Source: Nitrospirota bacterium (GTDB lineage Bacteria > Nitrospirota > UBA9217). From it: 64,000 bases of DNA. A model generated the notes under the pieces. The model saw only the letters and a list, made by a program, of their open reading frames with translations. It was not told the origin of the DNA and did no database searches. Made by a program: the position numbers and the translations under genes. Of this stretch, positions 1 through 10,034 are shown piece after piece (positions within the stretch are counted from its first letter, which is position 1; the number at the start of each line of letters is the position of its first letter). Location: contig CAWBNQ010000005.1 of the NCBI GenBank assembly GCA_963790205.1, positions 256,001 to 320,000 on the forward strand. The letters run 5' to 3'.

Positions 1-5
1 CTGCC

Positions 6-188
6 TTAATGCTCCAAGAGCGTCATATTCCTGATACGCTCCTCCATGATGCGGTATATTTGGACACCGTCATACCCTTCGGCCCTGAGATTATCGAAAT
101 CGATCAGGTCGATCTCGACCGGAATGTCCGGCCTGTCCGTGTAGATCGATTGAACATTGCCTCCGTCAACAACTATCGCCAGTTTCAT
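6..188 (-). CDS. small hypothetical protein (mobile-element leading region)
   Basis: 60-aa ORF (MKLAIVVDGGNVQSIY) with GGAGGA SD; co-oriented with ardC/radC. Confidence 0.6.
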   Translation of the reverse strand: MKLAIVVDGGNVQSIYTDRPDIPVEIDLIDFDNLRAEGYDGVQIYRIMEERIRNMTLLEH

Positions 189-291
189 GCGTTATTCCTC
201 CATGTGATTGGTGTAGGTGAATCGAAACGCCCCTGCACCTTCCCTCCGGGAGGGAGGCCGGAAGGAAGATACAGGTATTGATGGTCCGGAA

Positions 292-501
292 TCAGCTTTT
301 CGATTCGGTCTGACCAGACCTTTCTTTTCTCTCGACGACTGTGAGCCAGCCGTCCCAATCGCCGACCGGAAGAACGTTGAGCTTCATGGACCGTTTACCA
401 TCGTTCTCGATCAGGACGCCGATATTCTCCCACCGGGTCTTCCCGTCCTTCTTTTCCTCGGACTTCTCTTTCCTCTTCCACAGCAGCTCGTAAATCTTCA
501 T
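292..501 (-). CDS. small hypothetical protein, possibly DUF736-like ssDNA-binding beta protein
   Basis: AAAGGAGG SD then ATG at 501; KTRWENIGV motif typical of small plasmid/phage beta proteins; family call tentative. Confidence 0.55.
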   Translation of the reverse strand: MKIYELLWKRKEKSEEKKDGKTRWENIGVLIENDGKRSMKLNVLPVGDWDGWLTVVERKERSGQTESKS

Positions 502-547
502 GAAGAATCCTCCTTTGACTTCTCTGAATTGAACTAAACTGAGCACC

Positions 548-839
548 CCCTCCCTCCGGGGGGCCTTCACAAGCAAACAGGCCCCCCGAGGGAAGGGACG
601 AACATCCCGCGATAATACACATGGCTTTTGCGAGCCGTAGAGAAGCCTCAAGCAGCGGGCATGACAGAGCGAAGCGATGGCGTGACGGATGCGAGGATTC
701 AGGCCGCAAAAGTTATCGCGGGGTCTCTTTAAGGTTTTTAAGGGAGCCCGGCGAGGGCGGAACGGGAGCGCGTCGATGTCTCCCGACCAACGGGAGGGAG
801 TCTTCGACGCGCCGGGGCGGGCGGGAGATTGAGCGAGGA
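548..839. repeat. structured intergenic repeat, copy 1 (three hairpins)
   Basis: Aligns with 2811-3104. Inverted repeats at 552-566/579-592, 606-632/705-722 and 768-776/804-812; GAGCGAAGCGA at the apex of the long hairpin. Confidence 0.9.
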
Positions 840-1007
840 CATTGGCCGTGCGCTATGCATAGGGCCGATGTCCGAGCGGACAAACGGCTTGGTGCCGACG
901 CGAAGCAAAGGCACGAAGCCAACCGATCGCTTTTAGGGCTATGATTTATACCTGCGTGCCCGGCAACCGCGGTTCCTTGATGGTTTTCTATACTTTTGAC
1001 GATCTTC

Positions 1008-1038
1008 CCGGCCGGGGGCCATTGGCCCCCGGCCGCCG
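1008..1038. terminator. GC-rich hairpin downstream of DUF6573-like gene
   Basis: cggccgggggcca/tggcccccggccg perfect stem just past the stop at 1042; no U-tract. Confidence 0.45.
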
Positions 1039-1041
1039 ATA

Positions 1042-1413
1042 TCAGTATTCTTCAGGAAGCAAAATCGTGAACCCCTCTGCTTCGTTGAACATCAACCACA
1101 GTTTCTTTACTTCCTGCCGCTCAGGGGCCATGAGATAAGATACGTGAAACGGAACAAAGTATTTGTCCTCTGCTGCATGAAGGGCCATTGCAGCAACGAA
1201 AAGAGTGTCCCACAAACGGCCTTTCAAATCCTGAATGCCTTCAAGACCTGCAGGAACCTCTACAAGGCTGTACACTCCGTGGGTTAGACAAAGAGAGGCC
1301 TTGAACCCCGCCTCCTTCGCCTCCGGTGTGCCGCTCACATCCACGAGCACGCCGTCTTCAATTGCCTGCTGTCTCGTATAGCTGTGAATGACTTCGTCTG
1401 ATTTTTCCTGCAT
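1042..1413 (-). CDS. DUF6573-like conserved mobile-element protein
   Basis: HSYTRQQAIEDGVLVDV and QD..GRLWD motifs; GGAGG SD before ATG 1413. Confidence 0.65.
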   Translation of the reverse strand: MQEKSDEVIHSYTRQQAIEDGVLVDVSGTPEAKEAGFKASLCLTHGVYSLVEVPAGLEGIQDLKGRLWDTLFVAAMALHAAEDKYFVPFHVSYLMAPERQEVKKLWLMFNEAEGFTILLPEEY

Positions 1414-1462
1414 GTTTTCCTCCAAAGATAAGGGTGATCGTCGTTAACTGGTTTATTCGTGT

Positions 1463-2320
1463 TTACGCCGCCTCTTCTACGTCGGCTCCCCGGTTAAGTA
1501 TGAAATCAACGGCCTTCTGCGCCTGGGCTGCTGCTGAGATAATCATTTTTTTGTCGGCCTCAAGCTGCTTTCTCCAATGTTCGATGTAGGCTGCCTGGTT
1601 TTCGATGGTATCGTTGTCAATTCCGGTGTGCCCGCACAGGAAACTTGCTCCGCACTCTGCGATCAGCTCCTCTTTGGAATATTCCGGAGATCCGAAGGCG
1701 TGTTTTTCCACGATCCCTTTTCTCCCGAGCCGGGATGCGGCGCCCGCGGCATGGACTGCCTCATGATAGAGGGTGGCATAATAGCTCGCCTCCGACGTAA
1801 ACGAAGTCCTGGGCGGCATCCTGACCAGGTCTTTTGTACTGCTGTAGCTTGCCTGCGCAAATCCGTGCTCAATTGCCGGCGGGCTCGGCATCTTGCTGAT
1901 TACTTCTTCACACGACAGGATAGGATTGAATTTCTCCGCTGCCGGTTCATCGGGCGAAGTCAAACCGTCAATTTGTGCAAGATTAAACACGGTGTAGTAG
2001 CGCATGAACGGGATGTCTTTTTGCTCCATGTCGCCGCTGGAGCTCTCGACCTGCTTCGTGGTCCAATTCCAGAATATGACCGGGGTCCCCTTCTCGCCCT
2101 TCCTTACCTGTCCGCCTCGCTCGGTTGCCTGCTTATAGGTGAGCCAGTACGGTGAGGCATAACCCTGCATCGCGGTCAAGAGAATGTTGAGCCCGCGATA
2201 AGGCTTCCCGGTGACAAAGTTCCTTGGTGCTCCGCCGCACTTCCAGGGCTTGCGCCACGGGATGGTGCCCTCGTCGAGCGCTGCCAGAATCCGGTCGGTA
2301 ATGACTTCATAGACTTTCAT
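1463..2320 (-). CDS. ardC: ArdC-family antirestriction protein (DUF1738 ssDNA-binding domain plus zincin-like domain)
   Basis: ITDRIL..L..G..PWRKPW, YRGLN, VRKGEKG, HEAVH and EELIAE motifs; GGGAGG SD. Confidence 0.92.
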   Translation of the reverse strand: MKVYEVITDRILAALDEGTIPWRKPWKCGGAPRNFVTGKPYRGLNILLTAMQGYASPYWLTYKQATERGGQVRKGEKGTPVIFWNWTTKQVESSSGDMEQKDIPFMRYYTVFNLAQIDGLTSPDEPAAEKFNPILSCEEVISKMPSPPAIEHGFAQASYSSTKDLVRMPPRTSFTSEASYYATLYHEAVHAAGAASRLGRKGIVEKHAFGSPEYSKEELIAECGASFLCGHTGIDNDTIENQAAYIEHWRKQLEADKKMIISAAAQAQKAVDFILNRGADVEEAA

Positions 2321-2355
2321 GTTTCTGTTCCTCCCGCTGTTTTTTTGCATAAGCC

Positions 2356-2778
2356 TCACCCCTTCTTCATCATTCCGTTGTCGCAAAAACTGAAATACTT
2401 TCCCTCGCCGCCTATAATCACGTGATCGAGCACGTTGATGCCGAGGATTTCTCCGGCCTGACAGAGCCGCTTTGTTAAAAGAATGTCCTCCTGGCTTGGC
2501 TGCGTATCTCCTGAAGGGTGATTGTGACCTATGATGATATTTGCCGTTGCCTTAGTGACCGCAAGCCGGAACGTTTCTCTTGGATGAACTATTGCGGCTG
2601 ACAGGCTGCCAAGGGAAACAAGGTCGGCGTATTGAATGACGTTCTTTGTGTTGAGCCCGAGTATCCAGAAGTGCTCCTTTTCTCTGTCGTGCTCCTGTTC
2701 AAAATTAAGCAGGGAAAACAACACCTCCGACACGTCCTTCGAGCAGCAGATTGCTTTTTTCTTCTCGCTGACTATCAT
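2356..2778 (-). CDS. radC: RadC-like JAB/MPN domain protein
   Basis: EHF, VHPRE, HNHPSGD..PS..D and LDHVII motifs. Confidence 0.92.
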   Translation of the reverse strand: MIVSEKKKAICCSKDVSEVLFSLLNFEQEHDREKEHFWILGLNTKNVIQYADLVSLGSLSAAIVHPRETFRLAVTKATANIIIGHNHPSGDTQPSQEDILLTKRLCQAGEILGINVLDHVIIGGEGKYFSFCDNGMMKKG

Positions 2779-2810
2779 TCGCCTGTTCCTCCCTCTTAAA
2801 ACCAGAGTTA

Positions 2811-3104
2811 CCCTCCCTCCGGGGGGCCTTCACAAGAACCAGACCCCCCGAGGGTGGAGAAGAACATTCCGCGATAAATCACACGGCTTTTGCGGGCCGT
2901 TAAGAATCCTTGAGGCATCAGGCATGACAGAGCGAAGCGATGGCGGGACGGATGCGAGGATTCAGGCACGCAAAAGTTATCGCGGGCTTTTTCGTAGTCG
3001 TCCCTAAAGGGAGCCCGGCGAGGGCGGATGGGAGCGCGTCGATGTCTCCCGAGCCGAGCGAGGGAGTCTTCGACGCGCGGGGGTGGGCGGGAGATGGAGC
3101 GAGG
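2811..3104. repeat. structured intergenic repeat, copy 2
   Basis: Same hairpins as 548-839; differences concentrated in loops and bulges; lies upstream of radC. Confidence 0.9.
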
Positions 3105-3484
3105 GATATACTATGCAGTGATGGTAGTGTTCAGTCGCAAGCAGCCTGGCGGATCGCCGTCGAGGCCTGGTTGAGGATGAAAGGGTTTATTACCGTTACG
3201 ATCAACGGAAAAGTGTCACTCAATTTTCTCTAGGATTTTTATCATAAACTGCTAGCGTGCACAAAGCTTGCTTCCTGTACTTGTGTAGTTTCTGGTTTTC
3301 GCAATATTCAATAGTTCATGTCGTATTTCATGCTAACTTATCAAAAGCGGCCTCTGGGAAACCGGGGGCTATTTTGCGCTGACCCCTTGACACTCTTTTC
3401 TTATGAGCATAAACTACTTTCTGTCCGTTGAGTTTCTTTTTGAAACCTACATATTTTATGTAAGATGATTGAAAGGAGCATAAA

Positions 3485-4042
3485 ATGATAACAATAGACT
3501 GGCATGTTGCTGCCACTATTGGGGCACCTATCCTCTCTCTTTTTGTGGGTATATGGATTAATCGTCGTTTTGAGAGTCGTCCCATTCTGATCACATACAC
3601 TAGCCATGTATCCGCATTCACACATACACCCGCAGGGGGGCAGCCGATACAAGTCAACACGCACTCGGTCGTAATCAGGAATACCGGCCATCGGCCAGCT
3701 ACAAATGTACGTGTCAGTCATCATCAACTTCCTGACTTCAACATCTGGCCGCATGTTGCTTACGCCGTTGAGGATCTGCCCGGAGGTGGCAAAGAGATCG
3801 TCATTCCGACTCTTGTCCCAAATGAAGAAATAACTATATCCTATTTGTACTTTCCACCTTTGGTGGCCGACCAAGTACATGCAGGCCTCAAATGTGATCA
3901 GGGCTTCGCAAAAGGAATTCCCGTGTTGATTGCTAGGCAATATCCGAAATGGTTCAACCTCACTGTTGCCATATTAATGCTTATTGGAATTGTGTCGGTT
4001 TTATATCTGGCTTTCCATGCCGTGGTTGCCTTCTTACGGTGA
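3485..4042 (+). CDS. hypothetical membrane protein (N- and C-terminal TM helices flanking a beta domain)
   Basis: 185 aa; AAGGAG SD; two hydrophobic segments. Confidence 0.7.
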   Translation: MITIDWHVAATIGAPILSLFVGIWINRRFESRPILITYTSHVSAFTHTPAGGQPIQVNTHSVVIRNTGHRPATNVRVSHHQLPDFNIWPHVAYAVEDLPGGGKEIVIPTLVPNEEITISYLYFPPLVADQVHAGLKCDQGFAKGIPVLIARQYPKWFNLTVAILMLIGIVSVLYLAFHAVVAFLR

Positions 4043-4148
4043 TTTTCACAAGGGATTTGATCGCGGGACAAAAAGCCTTTATGAAATCATCGTGTGAACA
4101 ATCCAAGAGAAAGAAACCACACATTTCTACTGACTGATTTATAAACTT

Positions 4149-4625
4149 ATGCCGCGAATTCGAGAAAATAAAAGTCGAGATCGGACCAAACCTGAAATTT
4201 GTAAGGATGTGGCGCATATTTTGTCTGCAGAGCTTAAATGGGGCACAAAGTATGCTGTTTTAGATGATGTGTTGTGGACTTGGTCCGAGTTTGACGGCAA
4301 ATACGATGGCTGCAGATACTGGTCGCCTGCTGCATTACGTTTCAAAAACTATGAGAAGAAGCTTATACACGAACATGCTGTTCCTAAATCAGAAATCATA
4401 AAGATAATAATTAAACGTCAGCACCGTTCAGCCGCAGCAGTTAATAGAATTTTATCTAAATATTGTGTCGGGGTAGCCATCACTCGCGACGAGGATAAGA
4501 AGCTTAATAATCTTGGCCTACGAGTAAAGATGCCTGACGGTTGGGACAAGCAAGATATCCGGGCACGCCATCGTGCAGCTGACATTGGCTGGGTTGACAC
4601 AAAGAAAAAAATAACCACGCCGTAG
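4149..4625 (+). CDS. hypothetical protein, possible His-Me (HNH-like) nuclease fold
   Basis: 158 aa; HEHAVP followed by ITRDED..LN. Confidence 0.55.
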   Translation: MPRIRENKSRDRTKPEICKDVAHILSAELKWGTKYAVLDDVLWTWSEFDGKYDGCRYWSPAALRFKNYEKKLIHEHAVPKSEIIKIIIKRQHRSAAAVNRILSKYCVGVAITRDEDKKLNNLGLRVKMPDGWDKQDIRARHRAADIGWVDTKKKITTP

Positions 4626-4949
4626 AGAATTGCTGAAAACGCCTCATGTGTAAGTTACAAGCGGTATTCTGCATCTCCTAGTGAGTGGCCGCAGTATAAG
4701 CTTGTAGGTGCCCCCTCGAAAAATGCATTGACGCCGAAGAATAATAACTTCCGGTTGAAACATTTCGAGTAATAATCTTCCTGTAGATGACAAACCAATT
4801 CCCGGATGTGGACAGCGCCATTAATCAGGCATATTCTTCCGTAAATAGCTTGGGTGGATTCAGATCACCTCGATGTCTGATAAACTTATATCTGAGCTTT
4901 ATACGGCCGAAAAGCTCTGATAACCTTCTTATGCTATTTGCAGTAAGGA

Positions 4950-5177
4950 ATGAGGTTTTATATGTCTTATCTAATTAATTTAATTTGCGTATCGATATTG
5001 GCTATGGCAGTCATTGTAGGAGGAGCATACATATTATATTTAAAGAAGAAAGAACCGATCGCTTTTCAACTTCTCCAACTAAGATTTCACTGGTGGAGAG
5101 CCTCCGTCATCGATATAAAGTTGATCAGACTGGCTAAATTTCTTGAAAGAATCCTCGGTATTGAGGATGATAAATAG
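4950..5177 (+). CDS. small membrane protein
   Basis: 75 aa with one TM segment; start could be the second Met (GAGG SD). Confidence 0.45.
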   Translation: MRFYMSYLINLICVSILAMAVIVGGAYILYLKKKEPIAFQLLQLRFHWWRASVIDIKLIRLAKFLERILGIEDDK

Positions 5178-5238
5178 TTTGTAATAATATTATAAAAAAG
5201 CTGGATCACTTTTTTACTAGAAGGGGCAGGGTGGGCAA

Positions 5239-5442
5239 ATGAATATAGCTAAAGCTAATGTCCGAAGATGTGCCACGTGTGCTTCTTGGTTTGGGGGCAG
5301 CAGACTTTTTGATGACAAAGGGAATGTGAAATACGATGCCAGCCCACGCAATACAGGGGTATGCAAACATCCGTTATCGGGAAAGACCAATCAGCAAACG
5401 AAGCCGGAATATACCTGTTCGAAGTGGATGCAAGGGAGTTGA
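5239..5442 (+). CDS. small Cys-rich (Zn or Fe-S) protein
   Basis: CATC..W...C.H...C..W in 67 aa. Confidence 0.55.
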   Translation: MNIAKANVRRCATCASWFGGSRLFDDKGNVKYDASPRNTGVCKHPLSGKTNQQTKPEYTCSKWMQGS

Positions 5443-5460
5443 TATAAAAAGCTGTTTACG

Positions 5461-5688
5461 ATGATACTTGAGAGGGGTAGAACTGAGGGAAAGATAAAAA
5501 AGGACGGACACCGTAAGAGTGGCAAGGCTGGACAGGAGAAAAGGAATAATTTGCCGGCCTGGGCTGTGATCGCTGCTGGGCTGGGACTAGGGGCGGGACT
5601 GATCTGGCTAATCGAGAAGAAGCTTGGTTGGACTAAGATCGTGGCTACAGAAACGCATCAAACGGCGGAGCCAAAGCCGTCGGGATAA
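5461..5688 (+). CDS. small basic membrane-anchored protein
   Basis: 75 aa with a Gly-rich hydrophobic helix. Confidence 0.4.
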   Translation: MILERGRTEGKIKKDGHRKSGKAGQEKRNNLPAWAVIAAGLGLGAGLIWLIEKKLGWTKIVATETHQTAEPKPSG

Positions 5689-5789
5689 AAGTTGATTGAA
5701 ACAAGAGGGCAAAAAACAGGACAGTCAACAAAAAAAGACCCTAAATAGTGTCAACGTTGAAATCTATGAAAATATATCACACATGCCTA

Positions 5790-6125
5790 TCAAATTGGAG
5801 GGACCTGATAAGGAGGTGTATATGGATTGTTCCCCATTACTTTTTTCCATTGGCCCTGAGTTACTTTGAATTTGCCAATGTAATAATCATCCACACAAAC
5901 CTCGTGCACGGGCTTTTCATCGTTATCGCCATCCCCGAAGGTGTCGCCCATTTGATAGCAGCCGCCTTTGACGAGCACGAATTCCATGCCTGTGGTCGTG
6001 TCCTTATAAGTTGATCTTTTTATCGCAGCCTTCCGATCCTCTGCATGAACAATAGTCTTAACCCCTATTAACATCGCCATAAACAACACAGATGCACAGA
6101 AGATCGTTAATATTATATTTTTCAT
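5790..6125 (-). pseudogene. truncated formylglycine-generating enzyme (FGE-sulfatase) family protein
   Basis: Signal peptide then GMEFVLVKGGCYQMG..DEKPVHEV...VTQGQW..VMGNNP; stops after roughly a third of the domain. Confidence 0.8.
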
Positions 6126-6136
6126 GTCATGTCTCC

Positions 6137-6275
6137 AAGGATACTGTTGCTATATATTTCTTCCACTTCATAAAAGATATAGGATCTGGAAAAGAGGTTT
6201 GTTTACAGATACTTTGGAATATTGAGTAAGTTCCCGCGCCGGAGCAAATCAGCAACAGTGCTCAATCAGAAAATG
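6137..6275. repeat. diverged copy of 57085-57225 (promoter and first codons of a PAP2 gene)
   Basis: Shared ctttggaa..tgagtaag.t.ccgcgc..ga.caaatcagc..aacagtgctcaat; minus strand MKWKKYI vs MNWGKYI. Confidence 0.7.
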
Positions 6276-6292
6276 GTTGGGCCGAGCGAGAT

Positions 6293-6688
6293 TCATCCCT
6301 CTTGCGCCGGCGGACGCGACGGGTGGATGGCATTGAGCCATTCCTCCGCCTTGCCGCGGTCGCGGAACGGCCGGATGTCGCAGACATCTTCGGCCAGGAT
6401 TCCCAGCATTCGTATCATCCCGTCGGAAACATCATCACCAGTTACAACGGCCGTCGGGCCGATAGCATTGTGGCGCCCGAGGTCGCGCAGCAGCTGGGCG
6501 ACCTGACGGACTTCCGCGGCGCTGAGGGCCACAACGGCCTGGGTGGCGTCAACAAACTCAGCGAGGAGCAAGCAGTTGTCATCCCGCTTCTTCTCCAGGT
6601 GCGCCACGACCTCGGGATAGGTCACAGAGCCCTCGGCCACCGTGCACAGCCGTTGTCGCGCACGGTCTACCGTGTAGGCTATTGACAT
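6293..6688 (-). CDS. STAS/SpoIIAA-like domain protein
   Basis: G.VT..E, TAVV, GM.RM and F.D...AEEWL pattern. Confidence 0.7.
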   Translation of the reverse strand: MSIAYTVDRARQRLCTVAEGSVTYPEVVAHLEKKRDDNCLLLAEFVDATQAVVALSAAEVRQVAQLLRDLGRHNAIGPTAVVTGDDVSDGMIRMLGILAEDVCDIRPFRDRGKAEEWLNAIHPSRPPAQEG

Positions 6689-6721
6689 TCGCTCCCCTGC
6701 CAGCCTTTTTTGCAGGAAACA

Positions 6722-7009
6722 TCAGCATCCGACAGAAACTTGTCTTTTCACCGGGGTTACTTTTGTTGCTATCTTTTTACCGTCTGCCTCCTTGTATTGC
6801 ACTGTTATCTTATCACCTACTTTTACATCTTTAATCAAGGAACCAATTTCACAATCGAAGCCAGCCGTAACTGATCCGCTCTTCAAGGTCAGGGTGCTTT
6901 TTGCAGTGTCCACAGCAGTAACTTCTCCGGACATTTCCTCTGCAAGGGCCGTCCCCACAAAGGTTAGCAGCACAACGGCGATAAGGACAACAGACGCTGC
7001 ACGTTTCAT
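6722..7009 (-). CDS. small exported OB-fold protein (DUF5666/DUF1344-like)
   Basis: Signal peptide ALA|EE; GEVTAVD and VKVGDKITVQY motifs; GGAGG SD. Confidence 0.75.
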   Translation of the reverse strand: MKRAASVVLIAVVLLTFVGTALAEEMSGEVTAVDTAKSTLTLKSGSVTAGFDCEIGSLIKDVKVGDKITVQYKEADGKKIATKVTPVKRQVSVGC

Positions 7010-7147
7010 ATTTCACCTCCCATTACGATTTGTGTCTCCACATTCAAATAGTTCCAAAGGAGCTTATCAGAAAAACACTATCTGTCTAGAAAACCTCCCC
7101 CGCGATGTCGTCACCGCGGAGGCGCCGTGTAATCTGACAACGTCGAC

Positions 7148-9775
7148 TTAGATCGTTAGTTCCGGTGCAGGCCTGCCGACATGATGTCCCTGACCGTAGT
7201 TGATCCCGATCTGCCTTACCATCGCCAGGATTTCCTCGTCCTCCACGCATTCGGCAATAGTTTGTATACCGAATTCCCTGGCCAGTATCGACATGGTTTT
7301 CACAAATGCCAAATCTTTCTTGTCCCGGATCATGCTCCTTATGAACTCCCCCTCGATCTTCAAGAAATCGATGGAGAAGCGCTTTATGTAGTGGAAGGAG
7401 GAAAAGCCCGAGCCGAAATCGTCGATGGCGAACTTAAAGCCCTCGGACTTGAGATCGTGAACGAACTTTTCGAGCAGGGAGATGTTCTTGACCGTGTCCC
7501 TCTCCGTTATCTCGAATACGATGGTGTGGTGGTCTATTCCGTATTGGCTTGTTAGTTTCAGCACCCCGGGGATGAATTCCTTGATGATGAGGGATTTCGG
7601 CGAGAGATTGATGAAAAGGTACCCCTCGTACCGTTCGTCCTTTATCTTTCGGAAGACTTTTTCCATGACTACATAATCGAGCTTGCTCACGACCCCGAGC
7701 TGCTCGGCAACCTCGATGAACTCCTCGGCATCCAGGATGCCCTTGTCCGTCCTGATCCTGCTTAAAACCTCGTGGCCTTCGATCCTCCCGGTCTCCACAT
7801 TGATAATGGGCTGAAAGTAGGGAATCACGGTCTTTTCTTCAATGGCGTTCATAACGATAACAGTTTTCTCTCCGGTCGCCCTGAATACTTCCATGACGTC
7901 CTCTTCCGTGGGAATGAGAATGGTATTTTTGCCATCGCTCTTGGCTTTGTACATCATGTTGTCGGCAAACAGGAAGAGATCCTTGGGGCTCACGGCATGG
8001 CTGGGGTAAACAGCGAACCCGATGGAAACGGTGGCCTTGACCTTCGTGCCGTCGGGCGCAGCGAGGGCGAACCCCCCGGTGCTCTCCAGGATCTTGGTCG
8101 CAACGAGAAATGCCTGCTCTTCATCGGCGTCGGGGAGGATAACGACGAATTCGTCCCCACCGTACCGCGCGAGGATGTCCCCGTCCCGCAGCGCGTTGTG
8201 TATCGTGTCGGCGATGCCGGTCAGGAAGCGGTCGCCGACAAAGTGCCCGTGAGAATCATTGATATTTTTGAAGTTATCGAGGTCGACGACGAGCAGGGAG
8301 AATTTTTCGCCGTGCCGCTGGGCCCTCCCGATTTCGTAACCGAGCAGTTCCCAGAAAAGCCTCTGGTTGTAGAGATTGGTCAGCGGGTCTCTCGTTGCAA
8401 AGTATTCCAGGTCCCTGGTGTATTTGTCAATGGCCTTGATGGAGCCGACCACGTTCAGGAGCGTGGTCAGAATGCCGTCGATAACGAGGGAACGTATGGC
8501 GTCTTTTGTCATTTCCGATTGGACGCCTATTCCCACGACCCCACCTATCTGGGGGTTCCGAAGAATGATGGATTTGGTCTGGAGTTCTATGTCATCTTCG
8601 CTGAGGCCGACCAGGACACGGGAATCGGCGGCTAAATTGTGGTTGATTTTCAGGGTGGTGCTCCCGAAACGTTCATTCTCGTTGTTGACTTTCTGTTTGA
8701 TGATCCTCTCGACGCTCGCCTTGATCTTTTCGGATGGCGCGTGCGTCCAGAAGACATCGAGGTCGTATATTTCCTCGTCGACGTGGAAAATGGAGAAGAG
8801 CATGTAGGCCTTGATGACCTTGTTGATTTCTAGGAGCAGGTGCATGACGTGCTCTTTCCAGTCTTTCACCACCTCGGAGGTGATGATGAATTTTTCCAGC
8901 AGCCGGAGCTCGAATTCGAGGACTTCCCTGTCCACCGCAACGTTCTTGATCCGCTTTGCAAAGACACGGAATTCGAGCAGGATGGTGTTGAATTCGGCAA
9001 ACCCTGTCTCAACAACGTCAAGGTTGTTCAGTTTTGTCAGATCCTTGATGCTGTTTATTTCGCTGACCTTATCATGAAAGAAGGCGGTGGACCGCTTTAT
9101 TCTTGCATTCAGGACTGTGGATACGGCCCCCGCCAGGATAAAGGGGATGGGCAACAGTATGAAAAAGAAGACGTTAAATATTCTTTTCGCTTCGTTGATT
9201 GCGGGGCTGATATCCTGCTCGATTTTCATAACGCCGAGGACTTCTCCGGTTTTCGCATGCGCATGACACTTCAGGCACGTGCCATCCGCCTTGATCGGGT
9301 AAATATTGATAACAATGGGGTCGGCCTTATAGGTGATGGCATCGCCGGTCCGGAACGAATCCACGATATTCCTGCCCAGTTTGGGCTGCTCTATCGCGCC
9401 GTAATCCTTTTCAACCGCTTCTCCCCTGAACATTTCTACCTGGTAAGGGAATTGGGCGCGCGCGCCTTTCATAGTGTGGAGAAACTCGTTTAGTTCGCTC
9501 CTTGTCCAACCCTTCTCCATAAGTTGGATCATGGAGCTTAACATCTGCTGCGCTACGGCATCGGAGACCTCATCGGCATTTTTAATGAAAGAATGCCGGT
9601 AAATTGATGATACCATCAGGTATGTCGCGTTAAAGCTTATGTACGACGCTATCAAAACCGCGATGTAAACAAATGACTTTAACCGGAGCTGTGATCTGAC
9701 CAGCTTCCCGACAACAGGTATGTTTTCAATAACGGTAAGAATTCTTTCGCCTAGTTTTTGGGACTGGTCAAGCAT
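7148..9775 (-). CDS. membrane diguanylate cyclase/phosphodiesterase with periplasmic heme-c sensor (GGDEF-EAL)
   Basis: Two TM helices; CLKCH; RxxD-GGDEF; EVL and DDFGSGFSS. Confidence 0.93.
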   Translation of the reverse strand: MLDQSQKLGERILTVIENIPVVGKLVRSQLRLKSFVYIAVLIASYISFNATYLMVSSIYRHSFIKNADEVSDAVAQQMLSSMIQLMEKGWTRSELNEFLHTMKGARAQFPYQVEMFRGEAVEKDYGAIEQPKLGRNIVDSFRTGDAITYKADPIVINIYPIKADGTCLKCHAHAKTGEVLGVMKIEQDISPAINEAKRIFNVFFFILLPIPFILAGAVSTVLNARIKRSTAFFHDKVSEINSIKDLTKLNNLDVVETGFAEFNTILLEFRVFAKRIKNVAVDREVLEFELRLLEKFIITSEVVKDWKEHVMHLLLEINKVIKAYMLFSIFHVDEEIYDLDVFWTHAPSEKIKASVERIIKQKVNNENERFGSTTLKINHNLAADSRVLVGLSEDDIELQTKSIILRNPQIGGVVGIGVQSEMTKDAIRSLVIDGILTTLLNVVGSIKAIDKYTRDLEYFATRDPLTNLYNQRLFWELLGYEIGRAQRHGEKFSLLVVDLDNFKNINDSHGHFVGDRFLTGIADTIHNALRDGDILARYGGDEFVVILPDADEEQAFLVATKILESTGGFALAAPDGTKVKATVSIGFAVYPSHAVSPKDLFLFADNMMYKAKSDGKNTILIPTEEDVMEVFRATGEKTVIVMNAIEEKTVIPYFQPIINVETGRIEGHEVLSRIRTDKGILDAEEFIEVAEQLGVVSKLDYVVMEKVFRKIKDERYEGYLFINLSPKSLIIKEFIPGVLKLTSQYGIDHHTIVFEITERDTVKNISLLEKFVHDLKSEGFKFAIDDFGSGFSSFHYIKRFSIDFLKIEGEFIRSMIRDKKDLAFVKTMSILAREFGIQTIAECVEDEEILAMVRQIGINYGQGHHVGRPAPELTI

Positions 9776-10034
9776 CGTATCTCTCTCTCCGATTCATATC
9801 GTCGTCCCCGGCATTTTCGTCGCGATAACACTGTTTCTTCCCCTGTTTTTAGAGGCAGATGACCTTGGTCTCTCATGAAAGCCGGTCCCGCAGTACCGCT
9901 TAGCACAGATGCGTAGGCTCTGCGGCGCCACGCAGATAGCGCGGTCCTCAGTTCGAGAAGAGCGCAGGGGGGTACCGTACCCACCCTCCTGCCAGATCAG
10001 CCTCTCAATTACCCGTCAGGTATGAGGAGTGCTG

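Noticed and set aside
9790..10030. Leader of the GGDEF/EAL gene as a c-di-GMP riboswitch
   Set aside because: No GEMM motifs found on either strand.
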